Source of the DNA: Luteolibacter sp.
Lineage (GTDB): Bacteria; Verrucomicrobiota; Verrucomicrobiia; Verrucomicrobiales; Akkermansiaceae
Length of the DNA stretch: 64,000 bases
Assembly (NCBI GenBank): GCA_031414935.1
Contig: JANOQR010000142.1
Span: 15,638 to 79,637 of the forward strand
Direction: 5' to 3'
In this document: piece after piece, positions 63,711 to 64,000 of the stretch
Layout: every line of letters starts with the position of its first letter
Position numbering within the stretch: the stretch's first letter is position 1
Position numbers and translations under genes: made by a program
Notes under the pieces: model-generated
What the model was told of the DNA's origin: nothing
Databases searched by the model: none
Seen by the model: the letters and a program-made list of their open reading frames with translations, nothing else

Positions 63711-64000
63711 CTAGACTAGCCAAGATCGCTTTGCCGGGGTGACGTGCGGAGGTTTGAGATACATGGGCTGAGGGTTAGCGGCGGTCCAAGCGGTGCGGGT
63801 CGCGGGGGCCGTTGCACACCAAGTATGCCAAAGATCGGCGGCGGTAGGAAACTCGTGTCGGATTTGATCTTGAACGCCCGCAGGCAGAGGAAAACGATCA
63901 GGATCTTCGAAGGAAAACACAGAGACGCTTTCATTTAGCGAGGCTGAAATGATTTCCAACAATCCAGCAGCATCGGTGAGCGCGGGTTCTGTCACGAGTC
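63711..64000 (-). CDS. C-terminal part of a gene whose start lies beyond the window end (possibly TsaB-like)
   Basis: The reading frame is open to nt 64000. The end ...PMYLKPPHVTPAKR weakly resembles the TsaB/YeaZ C-terminus. Assignment is tentative. Confidence 0.35.
   Translation of the reverse strand, partial: LVTEPALTDAAGLLEIISASLNESVSVFSFEDPDRFPLPAGVQDQIRHEFPTAADLWHTWCATAPATRTAWTAANPQPMYLKPPHVTPAKRSWLV

Overview
64-kb chromosomal window from a fairly high-G+C bacterium. The gene content points to the PVC superphylum, probably Verrucomicrobiota: a PVC-type CxxCH heme protein with HEAT repeats, choice-of-anchor D proteins, and a giant beta-helix/NHL secreted protein. This placement is inference only, since nothing was searched against a database. 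Housekeeping genes present are tRNA-Arg, avtA, bcp, ptsI, a pirin/OYE/FMN-reductase redox trio, pxpBC-pxpA, gspE/gspF, ppdK, a coaE-rho fusion and a GH57 enzyme. They are interrupted by several accessory islets. (1) A res-then-mod type III-like restriction-modification pair whose methyltransferase core is compositionally foreign, followed by a decayed PIN/AbrB toxin-antitoxin pair and a palindromic element. (2) A more AT-rich surface-glycan cluster. (3) A 2.2-kb islet bounded by a diverged duplicate of the pxpA 3' end, carrying dinJ-yafQ, a 110-nt tRNA-like element and an orphan ORF. It is followed by REP-like hairpin elements, a truncated nucleotidyltransferase gene, an orphan ABC ATPase and a frameshifted higBA. 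(4) A three-to-four-ORF insertion between gspE and gspF. (5) A complete four-gene type I Zorya (zorABCD) defence operon bracketed by a duplicated terminator hairpin next to ppdK. The Zorya island and the atypical R-M pair are the strongest candidates for a system of interest. No CRISPR array, rRNA, transposase or integrase was seen. The ORF track uses alternative start codons and longest ORFs, so several starts were re-set by hand.
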